A DNA stretch of 57,611 nt from the IMG/VR virus record IMGVR_UViG_3300023314_000004, positions 64,001 to 121,611 of that record, one strand, 5' to 3'. Below the pieces are notes generated by a model that was not told the DNA's origin, searched no databases, and saw only the letters and a program-made list of their open reading frames with translations. Source of the stretch: a virus. Lineage: Duplodnaviria; Heunggongvirae; Uroviricota; Caudoviricetes. Below, one piece after another: positions 48,372-56,944 of this stretch. Position 1 is the first letter of the stretch. Every line of letters begins with the position of its first letter. A program made the position numbers and the translations under genes.

Positions 48372-49126
48372 TGGAAGTAGGACTTATTACATGTTATATA
48401 GGAAGAAGTAGGTATATTAAACGTATACTTGCTTCTTTTCTAGCTCAAGATTATGAAGGTCATATTACCTTACTACTTTATCACAATGGTTGTGCAACAC
48501 ATGAGCTAGGAAAATTTGATATTCCGAACAATAGAAAAATAATTCTCATTAATAATTGCAAGGATTTAACTACAAATAATAGTTACACTAGTACAGGAGC
48601 TATATTTAGAGATGCATTATCCCTATTACCTAAAGTGGATGTTGTAAATTTCTTTGATAGTGATGATTTGTTTCTTCCTAACCACGTATCTGAGGGAGTG
48701 AAGGGTTATTTAGAAGGAGGAAAATTGGCTTATAAGCCTAAATATTCCTATCATACATATTTAGATAGTTTTTCTTTAGAGGAGAACAATATGGAACCTT
48801 CTGTATTTGTTAGTTATGATCATCTAAAATTTATGGGATTTGCAGAAGTAAGTGCTTCCTATCACCAAAAATGGCTCACTCCTTTACAGACAAGTAAAAC
48901 TATCTACGATAAAGAAGATGGAATTCCTACTTTTCTATACGATTGGACTAGAGGACATAACACTTATAAAATATCTGGTGCAGGAGATGATTCAGAAATA
49001 AACTTTCAAAATCATAGAAATTGGGAATCTTCTATTATAGAAGAAACAATACTAACACCTATTTCTGGAGAGGAACTAAATAAAGAATATGAGAAAATTA
49101 GAGATAATATCTTGTGTAACAAATGA
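48371..49126 (+). CDS. GT-A fold glycosyltransferase (GT2-like)
   Basis: LITCY.GR...LASFLAQDY N-terminus and VNFFDSDD DxD motif. Confidence 0.75.
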   Translation: MEVGLITCYIGRSRYIKRILASFLAQDYEGHITLLLYHNGCATHELGKFDIPNNRKIILINNCKDLTTNNSYTSTGAIFRDALSLLPKVDVVNFFDSDDLFLPNHVSEGVKGYLEGGKLAYKPKYSYHTYLDSFSLEENNMEPSVFVSYDHLKFMGFAEVSASYHQKWLTPLQTSKTIYDKEDGIPTFLYDWTRGHNTYKISGAGDDSEINFQNHRNWESSIIEETILTPISGEELNKEYEKIRDNILCNK

Positions 49127-50150
49127 GAAGAGATATTGGTGGGAAACTAAAGTGTTACTTAATAATCTCACTTCTCTAGGATATACAAGTATTCACATCC
49201 TCCTATTCGTTAGAAAAGGACAAGAAGTTCTTCCTGAATGGAAAGAAATAGCAGATAAACACAATCTATTTATCTTAGAAGATAACAAAGACATATACAG
49301 AATATCTCAAGCTTTTCAATACACTCCTTTATACAGGTTTTATCTCCTACAGGAGTATTTTAAAATTCATCCTGAACTAAGTGATGAAGCTATATTTTAT
49401 GTCGATACTGACATTATATTAGATAAATATATAGATTTCACACCCTTCCTTCAAGATGATATTAACTATCTGTCTTGGACAGGAAATGAAGATAGATCTG
49501 ATAATTATCTCTGGCAGCCTTATTTTGATTCTAAGCTTAATCAAGTAGATCCTCTGAAGATAGAGCAATATAAAAAACTAGATATATTAGAACGTCTAGG
49601 TTTTATGTGTGGCACATCGAGAGATGTAATTACAAGGAATAATAGCAATACTGGAGGGGCACAATATCTCCTTAAAAACATCACTTCCCAATTTTGGACA
49701 GATTGTTTTAATAATTGTTGTGAAATAAAAACCTATCTCACTTCTATAAACCAAATCTTCATGAAAGGAGATAGTTATATAGAGAAGGAAAATAATGGTT
49801 TCCAGTCTTTTTGTTCGGATATGTGGGCTGTATTTTACAATTTATTGGCTAAAAACATGCCAGTAAAATGTCCGAAAGAATTTGATTTTGCTTGGAGTAG
49901 TGATCCAATATCTAGATTAGATACATGTTCTATTGTACATAATGCAGGTGTATCCTTAGAAGAGAAAATAAAAGTTCCTTATAAAAATGAATATTTAGAT
50001 ATTCCACTTTTCTATAAAGGAAAATATGTAGAATACACTCCATTTGATGATATGGAGAATTTAATTACAATTTATCAACACCCAATAGCTAAAAACTATT
50101 GTAATAACAAATATATACACGAAATAATTAAAACCCAAATAAATGGCTAA
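49089..50150 (+). CDS. GT-A fold glycosyltransferase-like protein (second GT)
   Basis: IFYVDTDIIL DxD motif, GGAQYLLK, SDMWA, IVHNAG motifs. Confidence 0.6.
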   Translation: MRKLEIISCVTNEKRYWWETKVLLNNLTSLGYTSIHILLFVRKGQEVLPEWKEIADKHNLFILEDNKDIYRISQAFQYTPLYRFYLLQEYFKIHPELSDEAIFYVDTDIILDKYIDFTPFLQDDINYLSWTGNEDRSDNYLWQPYFDSKLNQVDPLKIEQYKKLDILERLGFMCGTSRDVITRNNSNTGGAQYLLKNITSQFWTDCFNNCCEIKTYLTSINQIFMKGDSYIEKENNGFQSFCSDMWAVFYNLLAKNMPVKCPKEFDFAWSSDPISRLDTCSIVHNAGVSLEEKIKVPYKNEYLDIPLFYKGKYVEYTPFDDMENLITIYQHPIAKNYCNNKYIHEIIKTQING

Positions 50151-50544
50151 TCAATTGTATAGTTTTACTAGGTTAGATTCTTCAGGCAGAGTAGTTGCAG
50201 GATCAACAGTAGTACGTAAAAAAATGCCTAAGACAGGCAGATGGAGACAAGATTTATCAGAAGTTTGCTGTCAAGCCCCTCTGACATCCTTATTAACTGG
50301 TAGTGTCACTTTAAACTCTTCTGATGTTACATTCACACTATTTTGTGATGGTGTAGCTGTTGCTGTATTGGCTTCTGGTCAAGCAGGAACTACATTAGCT
50401 AGTGAAATAACTATAGCAAATAACAAGTTCTCTGCTTATGGGGAGTTTACAGCTAATGGTACTGTTCAAGCTGATTTACGTCTTAAAGACGATATTGCTG
50501 ATGGTTTATGTCCAGGAGGAGTTGTCACTTTTACAATTAGCTAA
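50143..50544 (+). CDS. Conserved-type small structural protein
   Basis: RLDSSGRVVAGS.V.RKKMPKTGRW...CC N-terminus resembles a motif I recall from Bacteroidota phage structural regions; beta-rich C-terminus. Confidence 0.5.
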   Translation: MANQLYSFTRLDSSGRVVAGSTVVRKKMPKTGRWRQDLSEVCCQAPLTSLLTGSVTLNSSDVTFTLFCDGVAVAVLASGQAGTTLASEITIANNKFSAYGEFTANGTVQADLRLKDDIADGLCPGGVVTFTIS

Positions 50545-50828
50545 TGCAAGTTATATATAGATTTGTTACTGTCTTGCCTGAAAATGAGAAGAGTTACTTC
50601 TCTGTATTGGAAGGTTTGATTAATTCTGTAGATGAATTTTCTACATTGGAGATAAGGAGAAATTTAGATAACTATTCCTTTAGGATAGCTACTTCTTCTC
50701 CTATTTACAGATCCTCTCTTATAGAGGAACTTAATAAGCTTCATAACTTATTTCGTATTAAAGTAGATTTCTCGAAGAGTATGAAAACCACTTCTACAAT
50801 TTCTTATAAAATAAATTTTGTCAATTAA
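50544..50828 (+). CDS. Hypothetical protein (94 aa)
   Basis: TAATG-coupled ORF. Confidence 0.6.
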   Translation: MQVIYRFVTVLPENEKSYFSVLEGLINSVDEFSTLEIRRNLDNYSFRIATSSPIYRSSLIEELNKLHNLFRIKVDFSKSMKTTSTISYKINFVN

Positions 50829-50848
50829 GGATTTTTCTTTAGTTTTGT
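50817..50848 (+). promoter_or_regulatory. Bacteroidota sigma-A-type promoter for the Acb2/Tad1-like gene
   Basis: TTTG (50817-50820), N20, TAGTTTTG (50841-50848), 20 nt before ATG 50869. Confidence 0.7.
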
Positions 50849-50868
50849 GTAAACAAATTAATTAAAAT

Positions 50869-51153
50869 ATGTCAATAACAGCAGGAGGTCCTAGACCAAT
50901 TTTAGAAGAAACTAAACAACAAGAAACTCCACTCTCTTTTGGAGAGCAACTAGTAGGAATTAAATTTAATCCAAGTGGAGATGATGATGTAAATGAGGTT
51001 AAACAATTAGCAGCTAAAATAGCTAATATTGTTAACGACAAATACCAATCTTCAGAGAGTTCAAAGTTAAGTAAATTAATCTATGAACGGTCTATGGGAG
51101 AAATCTTAAATGCTCAAATGAATAGTGTGAAATTTTTAACTTTAAAGTACTAA
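50869..51153 (+). CDS. Candidate Acb2/Tad1-like helical-hairpin protein (immune-signal sponge)
   Basis: 94 aa; FNPSGDDDVNEVKQLAAKIANIV...GEILNAQMNSVKFLT two-helix pattern resembling the Acb2/Tad1 hairpin family by recollection. Confidence 0.45.
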   Translation: MSITAGGPRPILEETKQQETPLSFGEQLVGIKFNPSGDDDVNEVKQLAAKIANIVNDKYQSSESSKLSKLIYERSMGEILNAQMNSVKFLTLKY

Positions 51154-51389
51154 TGGAAAAAATAGAATATAGTCCAGAAAAATCATACACCTGGAAAGTA
51201 GAAGATCAATTTAATATATCAGGTAAGGAATTGGAAGTGTTACATAACACCCTTTCAAGTATCTTTAATACAAACTTACCACAGGCACAAATGTACGTGA
51301 TGCTTCATGAATGTTTTAAAATATCCTCAGCCTTAATTCAACGATCTGTTGAACAAGGGATTATAAAAGAAGCAGAAAATAAACAATAA
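51153..51389 (+). CDS. Hypothetical protein (78 aa)
   Basis: TAATG-coupled; last + strand gene before the terminator. Confidence 0.6.
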   Translation: MEKIEYSPEKSYTWKVEDQFNISGKELEVLHNTLSSIFNTNLPQAQMYVMLHECFKISSALIQRSVEQGIIKEAENKQ

Positions 51390-51393
51390 AATT

Positions 51394-51421
51394 AAAGGGA
51401 GATGTAAAGTCTCCCTTTTTT
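51394..51421. terminator. Bidirectional Rho-independent terminator at the junction of the two arms
   Basis: AAAGGGAGA (51394-51402)/TCTCCCTTT (51410-51418) stem, T-run downstream and A-rich run upstream, between convergent genes. Confidence 0.8.
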
Positions 51422-51422
51422 A

Positions 51423-51896
51423 TTAGAAATTTGGATATATAATATTCATAAGTTTTATAAAATCCTCTAAACTTTTTAAAGAATTTTCATAATCTGTATA
51501 GGTTATATTAACATAAGGTTTACTAAAAAATACATGAGTTGATAATGGTAATAAGTTTAAAATAATATTATATTTTGTGTCTTCTTTTCCATTAACAATT
51601 GTTCCCCCTAAGTTAATTAATGCTAGATTATCATTAAAAATATATTTGTTAATATAAACAATGCTATCTCCTGTTTCTTTACTATAAATACTTGAAGTGA
51701 GGAATGTTTCTCCCTTAGCAACAGGCATAAAATTCATAGTGTAACATCTATTCTCCTCCCAATTTTGGTAAATATTTCCAAATCTATCAGCTATAACTAT
51801 CTTATTGCCTTGATTAGGCTTTATATATAAACTATCCTTACATATTTGAGCTTTTGCTATATTAAATAGAAGCAGTAGTGTCAGTAATTTTTTCAT
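51423..51896 (-). CDS. Exported hypothetical protein
   Basis: Better start at 51896 than the track's 51929: MKKLLTLLLLFNIAKA|Q signal peptide. Confidence 0.6.
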   Translation of the reverse strand: MKKLLTLLLLFNIAKAQICKDSLYIKPNQGNKIVIADRFGNIYQNWEENRCYTMNFMPVAKGETFLTSSIYSKETGDSIVYINKYIFNDNLALINLGGTIVNGKEDTKYNIILNLLPLSTHVFFSKPYVNITYTDYENSLKSLEDFIKLMNIIYPNF

Positions 51897-52152
51897 CTTT
51901 AATCTTTTGAAATACATAAAAATAAGCATTTACAGCAGGTATACCATACTTTTTATAAGCTTTTTTAACTCTTCTGGCGTGATTAACCTTATGAGTGACA
52001 ATTTCACCAATTCTCCATTTCTGCTCTTCTTCATTCCACTTAGGTCTGTCATATTTCTCTAAAGCATAATATTCTCTTACAGGCAGCTTCTTGGCTGCTT
52101 TTTTAATTGCTCTAATAATGTGCTTTGGCTTTTTAATTTCTTTTTTCTTCAT
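51862..52152 (-). CDS. Basic hypothetical protein (96 aa)
   Basis: Lys/Arg-rich ORF in the coupled - strand operon. Confidence 0.6.
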   Translation of the reverse strand: MKKKEIKKPKHIIRAIKKAAKKLPVREYYALEKYDRPKWNEEEQKWRIGEIVTHKVNHARRVKKAYKKYGIPAVNAYFYVFQKIKDEKITDTTASI

Positions 52153-52528
52153 ATTTAATTTTTATATTTTTAATAAATTCCCTATATTTAGGATGCTCTA
52201 CAGCAGATCCTTTTTCATTATGTTCATCAAAGGTAACTAAAATTATGTTCCATTTCTCATATTTTAAATCTGGATACATACTTTTTTCTAATGCATGATC
52301 AAAATGATAGCTTCTAGGTTCAGATCCTAACCATTTTCCTGATAGCTCTGAATAGTTTTTTCCACCAACTTTCCTCTCTTCCCATATCTCCAGGAACATC
52401 TCCCACATCCTCTCTAAGTCTTCCTTGTCCTGTTGTTTCTGTTCCGTAGTTTTTACAGGCTTCTTCAATATTTTCCTGGATTTGTTCAATCCTTTCGTCC
52501 CTTTCTTTAAAGGTGTTCTTTTCAGCAT
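52133..52528 (-). CDS. HNH-like (NinG/Rap-type) endonuclease
   Basis: FDHAL...WNIILV..DEH gives H-N-H spacing; basic MLKRTPLKK N-terminus typical of NinG-like proteins; Zn-binding Cys residues absent. Confidence 0.55.
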   Translation of the reverse strand: MLKRTPLKKGTKGLNKSRKILKKPVKTTEQKQQDKEDLERMWEMFLEIWEERKVGGKNYSELSGKWLGSEPRSYHFDHALEKSMYPDLKYEKWNIILVTFDEHNEKGSAVEHPKYREFIKNIKIKYEEKRN

Positions 52529-52832
52529 TTCTAAAATATATTGTTTTAACTACTTTATCTATTGGATCTATGGCTAAAAACATCCATACTCCTTCTTTAT
52601 ATTTTATTCTCACTACGACATCTGTAAGCCTATGCCCTTTTAACTTTCCTATATAAATATTATCTCTTGTTATTCTCAACCATTTAGGAGCTAATATTAG
52701 TTCTCCAGTGGTTCTTTCTCTCAACCTCTCATTAGCATGTTTTGTATATTTCAACTCCATAATATCTGGATAATCTACATGCTTTTTAAGAAGTTGTTTT
52801 CTTCCTAAATATCTTATATCCTTGTGTAGCAT
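52320..52832 (-). CDS. RelE/DUF4258-like putative ribonuclease
   Basis: YTKHANERLRER motif and ...VVKTIY terminal strand; C-terminal 209 nt overlap the HNH-like gene in another frame. Confidence 0.4.
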   Translation of the reverse strand: MLHKDIRYLGRKQLLKKHVDYPDIMELKYTKHANERLRERTTGELILAPKWLRITRDNIYIGKLKGHRLTDVVVRIKYKEGVWMFLAIDPIDKVVKTIYFRNAEKNTFKERDERIEQIQENIEEACKNYGTETTGQGRLREDVGDVPGDMGREESWWKKLFRAIRKMVRI

Positions 52833-53014
52833 TTCCCAAATTTACTGTTGAACAGATCAATAAGCTCGTTGGTTGATTTCCTAAAGGCAGCACTAGGCCG
52901 ACCTTTAGGTTTATTATCAATCTTATTTTCTATTAAATCTGATAATTCAGAAGCACACATCTCTATAAGCTCTATTTCTCCATCTTCCTGATCATAATCA
53001 ATATTCTTTTTCAT
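52814..53014 (-). CDS. Hypothetical protein (66 aa)
   Basis: Likely start MKKNIDY at 53014, overlapping the stop of the upstream small ORF. Confidence 0.55.
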   Translation of the reverse strand: MKKNIDYDQEDGEIELIEMCASELSDLIENKIDNKPKGRPSAAFRKSTNELIDLFNSKFGKCYTRI

Positions 53015-53165
53015 GATATTTAAGTTTTGCATCTAAATAAATTGGAAATACGTCCATTACATCTATTAAACCTAAGGATTCATAATCTTCAATAAAAGCA
53101 TTCAAACCATCTTGTATATCATCTATATCTAAATGATTCACTATCATTCTAATAAATTCTTTCAT
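52998..53165 (-). CDS. Small acidic hypothetical protein (55 aa), missing from the track
   Basis: ATG at 53165, MKEFIRMIVNHLDIDDIQDGLNAFIEDYESLGLIDVMDVFPIYLDAKLKYHEKEY, TGA at 53000-52998; fills the gap between dut and the next gene. Confidence 0.55.
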   Translation of the reverse strand: MKEFIRMIVNHLDIDDIQDGLNAFIEDYESLGLIDVMDVFPIYLDAKLKYHEKEY

Positions 53166-53171
53166 AGTTAT

Positions 53172-53690
53172 TTATTTACCTGTTGAACCAAATCCACTTT
53201 CTCCTCTACTAGTTTCAGAAAGTTCTCCTTCCTCAAATTCAATAGTTGGATATGGCATAATAATTAATTGACCTATTCTATCTCCTATTTCATATTCTAC
53301 AATTGGCTCAACAGGCTGTAGTAAAACATTTCCAGGATCTTGTAATTCACTCAAATTTCCCCAAGTAAATCGTAATTTTATACTTCCTCTATAAGTACTG
53401 TCAATTACAGCTACAGAATTGCAAAGATACAAATCTGTCTTACTTATAGAACTACGAGGAAAAATCAATCCTACATATCCTTCTGGTATTTCAATTGCTA
53501 AACCTGTATCGTATTCCACATATTCCACAAAATCATATAAATCTTCTATTTCTTCACACTCCCTATTTTCTTTGCCACTTCTACATACCTCGGACTTGCT
53601 AATAGCTACAAGATCCATTCCAGCATCTCCTTCTTGACTATACTTCGGTATCTGTGCTAATGGGTTCAGTTTCTTTATCTTTACTTTCAT
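53172..53690 (-). CDS. dut: Trimeric dUTPase
   Basis: All five motifs present: GDAGMDL, GLIFPRSS, VIDSTYRG, GDRIGQL, RGESGFGSTG. Confidence 0.95.
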   Translation of the reverse strand: MKVKIKKLNPLAQIPKYSQEGDAGMDLVAISKSEVCRSGKENRECEEIEDLYDFVEYVEYDTGLAIEIPEGYVGLIFPRSSISKTDLYLCNSVAVIDSTYRGSIKLRFTWGNLSELQDPGNVLLQPVEPIVEYEIGDRIGQLIIMPYPTIEFEEGELSETSRGESGFGSTGK

Positions 53691-54687
53691 TCTTTTGATT
53701 TTTAATATTTTCTATAATTTTTATTTTTATCTCTTCAAAGAAATCCTTATTGTCCGTAATCATCTCCTTAAAATCTCCTTCAGGGTATTTATTATTGTCA
53801 TATGTCACTTGTCCAGCTCTAATTGACCATATTTTATACTCTTTGCCTAACTCTAATACATCCTGTAAATTATCAAATCCAATTCCAAATATTGTATCAA
53901 ATATAGCTTCCCTATAAGGGATAAAAGTTTTATTCTTAGTAGTACGTAATGTTGTATTAGTACCTAAAGTTTCATCTCCTTCTTTATTAAATCTTCTTGT
54001 AAGATCTAATATTACATCAGCGATATATTCAATTGCAAATCCGCCTGGAACTGTCCTATTATCCCCAAACATTTTACCTGGATCTACTCTATATTGACAA
54101 ATAGCTACAAGACAAGTATTATTATCTACAATAGCTCTTTTAAGTCTTGGATAGTTATCTGAATTAAATTTAGCTTTTTTACCAATATTTTGTGCTCCAG
54201 GTTCTGCATCTGTAATAGATTTAGGAACTAACATACTGTCGCTATCAATAATAATAAGATCAATTTCTCCTGTTTTAACTAAATCTAAAGCTATTTTCAT
54301 ACCTTCTTCCCCATTAGCTGGCTGACATAACAAGAAGTTTTTACCAAATCTTACACCTAACTCATGAAAATAACTAATATCAACAGCACTTTCACTATCA
54401 ATATATAACACTTTACCACCTTGTTTTTGGCAATTCGCACTAAGATGCCCACATAAAGTAGATTTATTACTTCCACTCCAACCTTTAACCATATATACTT
54501 TTTTCTTAGCAAATCCACCTATACCTAAAGCCTTATAGTCAATACTAATATTACCTGTAGGTATCACTTCATAAACACTTGCTTCAGCTTCAAAATTCAC
54601 TATGCTATTTTTACCATAGGTTTTATTTAACGCTGCAAGAGTATCTTCTAAATTTAATTTCTCTTCTTTTTCTTTTTTAGCTGCCAT
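53638..54687 (-). CDS. recA: RecA/UvsX-like recombinase
   Basis: IPTGNISIDYKALGIGG, Walker A variant GWSGSNKST, YIDSE, CQPANGE, Walker B IIIDS, QYR...G.MFG.....PGG, KNK. Confidence 0.9.
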   Translation of the reverse strand: MAAKKEKEEKLNLEDTLAALNKTYGKNSIVNFEAEASVYEVIPTGNISIDYKALGIGGFAKKKVYMVKGWSGSNKSTLCGHLSANCQKQGGKVLYIDSESAVDISYFHELGVRFGKNFLLCQPANGEEGMKIALDLVKTGEIDLIIIDSDSMLVPKSITDAEPGAQNIGKKAKFNSDNYPRLKRAIVDNNTCLVAICQYRVDPGKMFGDNRTVPGGFAIEYIADVILDLTRRFNKEGDETLGTNTTLRTTKNKTFIPYREAIFDTIFGIGFDNLQDVLELGKEYKIWSIRAGQVTYDNNKYPEGDFKEMITDNKDFFEEIKIKIIENIKNQKNESKDKETEPISTDTEV

Positions 54688-54752
54688 ATTTATTTGTTTA
54701 ATAATTCTAATACTCTTTCTTTATTTAATTCTTCTATACTTGCAATTTACAA

Positions 54753-54790
54753 ATAAAAAAGGAGAAGACCTAAATCTTCTCCTTATTTTT
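54753..54790. terminator. Rho-independent terminator downstream of nrdJ (bidirectional shape)
   Basis: AAGGAGAAGA (54759-54768)/TCTTCTCCTT (54775-54784) stem flanked by an A-run and a T-run. Confidence 0.75.
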
Positions 54791-54849
54791 ATCTATTATT
54801 TTTTATTGTGTAATAAATACTATTAATAATATTTTGCACCATTCCATCA

Positions 54850-56592
54850 TTAGCTGCCACAAGTACCTCCTTTTGAAATATCACAAATATCAAAAAATTC
54901 TTCTTTAAATTCTTGTCCTTCCTGACTTTTAGCTTCAAAATAGTCTACAATAGTTAAAGGTTGACCACCTCTACTTCCATCTGGATAACAAGTAAATCCT
55001 CTAAGTCTTACAGCATATTTAGCCAAAACATGAGCAAAATCATTGACTCTGGTGTCATTATTTAATGCTGTTCCCCAACTAGGGATATTAATAGTTGATG
55101 AAATAGACATATCTACATAATCTTGGACATCAGCCTGAAATTTAATTCTTCTTTCATAATCATTAGCTAAACTTAAAGCTGTTTCAATTTTATAAGGATC
55201 AATACCATATTCTTTAATAAGAAGTTTAGCTGTACCGTCAATTACATATTGATAATGCCATTCTTTTTGACCTTTTAAATATCTTCTTTTATAAGCTACA
55301 GCAAATAAAGGCTCTATACCTGTAGTAGTTCCTGCCATTATACCAATAGTTCCTGTAGGAGCAATTGCTCTATATGCTACTGGTTTGTTAATATTTAATA
55401 CTTCTGCAAGCTCATTAGCTCCTATTTCTGATTGTATTTGATACTCTTTAAGCCATTGATGTAATTCTGGAGTTACTTCATATCTTGCCCCTCTCTGTAA
55501 TAGCCATTCATGAACTCCCATAAGTCCTAATCCAAGTCTTCTATTCTTTTCTCTCACTTCATATACCTTTTGATAAGGGAGTTCAGCTACCATAGTACCA
55601 CATAATAGAAATTTTCCAACTAAATAACATACTCTAGACATTCTTTCTTTTGTCTCAATCCTCGACATATTAACACTAGCTAAATTACAAACATCACTAT
55701 CATCCTCACTTGTGACTTCAGTACATGCGTTTCTTAAAGTTTCATTAACTTTCTCAAAGAAATTAAAACTGAATCCAGGTTCACCTGTTTTTAATGCTTG
55801 TCTACAATTTTCTAAAAAAGTAATAGGAATTTTAACAATATTTAAAGCAAAAATAGCATTTTTACCTCCAGTCTTGTAAATTTCTAGTAAATCAGAGAAT
55901 GGCATACCATATATCTCCTCTAGAAAATCATTATCATAATTTAAAGAAATATTAGTCATATCTAATGGAGCAGGATAATTAAAATCTTTTTCTTTTAAAT
56001 CTCCAATAGTCATTTGTTTTCCATTCTCATCGTAAGCTCCTGAAACAGGCATAGAAGACCAATCCTTACAATGTAAGAATTCTCCTGCATCTCCATGTTT
56101 CCAACCTAAAGAAGCATATATAGCACTTCTCCTTGAACCACCTTGTATAACTTCTCTACCCTGTTCATTAACCATTTTCATTTTACTGATGGGTCCACTA
56201 GCTGTTCCACCTGTTCTTTTTATTGGTGTTCCCTTAGCTCTATAAACAGTATAATTATTACCAATTCCACCACCTGTCATAAGACAGCTTTCAGCCTTCC
56301 AGCTTAAATTAGCCCAATCTTCTCTACTATCCTCCAAACTTCTTAATAAATAGCAATTATTAAAAAATTTATTCATACGTCCTGCATAATACAAATATCT
56401 TCCACCAGCAATAAATTCCATATTGCTATGCATTTCTATTAGTTCGTCTTTTTCTTCTCTGCTAATGTAGTCTCTACATACATCTTCAATTAATGTTTTA
56501 CTAAGTTCTCCCCAATTTTCAGCTCCTTCATGCTTATATTTATAATTAAATATATTCTCTGAAAATTCGGTCCTAAAATATTTTTTCTCCAT
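54850..56592 (-). CDS. nrdJ: Class II (adenosylcobalamin-dependent) ribonucleotide reductase
   Basis: NNCY, GGSRRSA, RNACTE (NxCxE), LGLGLMG, AIAPTGTIG, TTGIEP, C-terminal CDISKGGTCGS Cys pair; no NrdB or NrdG nearby. Confidence 0.9.
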   Translation of the reverse strand: MEKKYFRTEFSENIFNYKYKHEGAENWGELSKTLIEDVCRDYISREEKDELIEMHSNMEFIAGGRYLYYAGRMNKFFNNCYLLRSLEDSREDWANLSWKAESCLMTGGGIGNNYTVYRAKGTPIKRTGGTASGPISKMKMVNEQGREVIQGGSRRSAIYASLGWKHGDAGEFLHCKDWSSMPVSGAYDENGKQMTIGDLKEKDFNYPAPLDMTNISLNYDNDFLEEIYGMPFSDLLEIYKTGGKNAIFALNIVKIPITFLENCRQALKTGEPGFSFNFFEKVNETLRNACTEVTSEDDSDVCNLASVNMSRIETKERMSRVCYLVGKFLLCGTMVAELPYQKVYEVREKNRRLGLGLMGVHEWLLQRGARYEVTPELHQWLKEYQIQSEIGANELAEVLNINKPVAYRAIAPTGTIGIMAGTTTGIEPLFAVAYKRRYLKGQKEWHYQYVIDGTAKLLIKEYGIDPYKIETALSLANDYERRIKFQADVQDYVDMSISSTINIPSWGTALNNDTRVNDFAHVLAKYAVRLRGFTCYPDGSRGGQPLTIVDYFEAKSQEGQEFKEEFFDICDISKGGTCGS

Positions 56593-56616
56593 TCGTTTGT
56601 TTTTATTTAAAAAGTT

Positions 56617-56649
56617 AAAAAGGGAAACGAATTTACATCCATTTCCCTT
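56617..56649 (-). terminator. Possible terminator upstream of nrdJ
   Basis: AAGGGAAA (56620-56627)/TTTCCCTT (56642-56649) stem with a T-run on the - strand. Confidence 0.45.
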
Positions 56650-56671
56650 AATAACCTATACATTTTAAAAT

Positions 56672-56944
56672 TTATTTTTCATCCAATTGATGAAGTATCA
56701 TCATACAATTCGCTACTACACCATAGAAATGACCATTTTCCTGTTCATCTGAATAATTCCCCTTCATAATTTCCATGAAATGTCTAGTGAGAGCTTGTTT
56801 AAGCTTTTCTACATTCATAGGCTTTTTCCAATTATAAGGTTCATATTTCCCTTTATTCATAGCCATTCTTTTAGCTAAACCTTCTATAAATTCCCATGAT
56901 AGCTCATAATCTAGCTTTCCTTCTATTTCTTTAGTTCCCTCCAT
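56672..56944 (-). CDS. dATP/dGTP diphosphohydrolase-like protein (DUF5664-like)
   Basis: ELSWEFIEGLAKRM...KY..YNWKK.......ALTRH...D.E..HF..V.AN.MMI pattern matches this family by recollection. Confidence 0.65.
   Translation of the reverse strand: MEGTKEIEGKLDYELSWEFIEGLAKRMAMNKGKYEPYNWKKPMNVEKLKQALTRHFMEIMKGNYSDEQENGHFYGVVANCMMILHQLDEK

Noticed and set aside
54743-54774. Possible - strand promoter upstream of recA (TTTA-N20-GTAAATTG)
   Set aside because: Both boxes deviate from TTTG/TAnnTTTG and the spacer overlaps a terminator hairpin; too weak to call.
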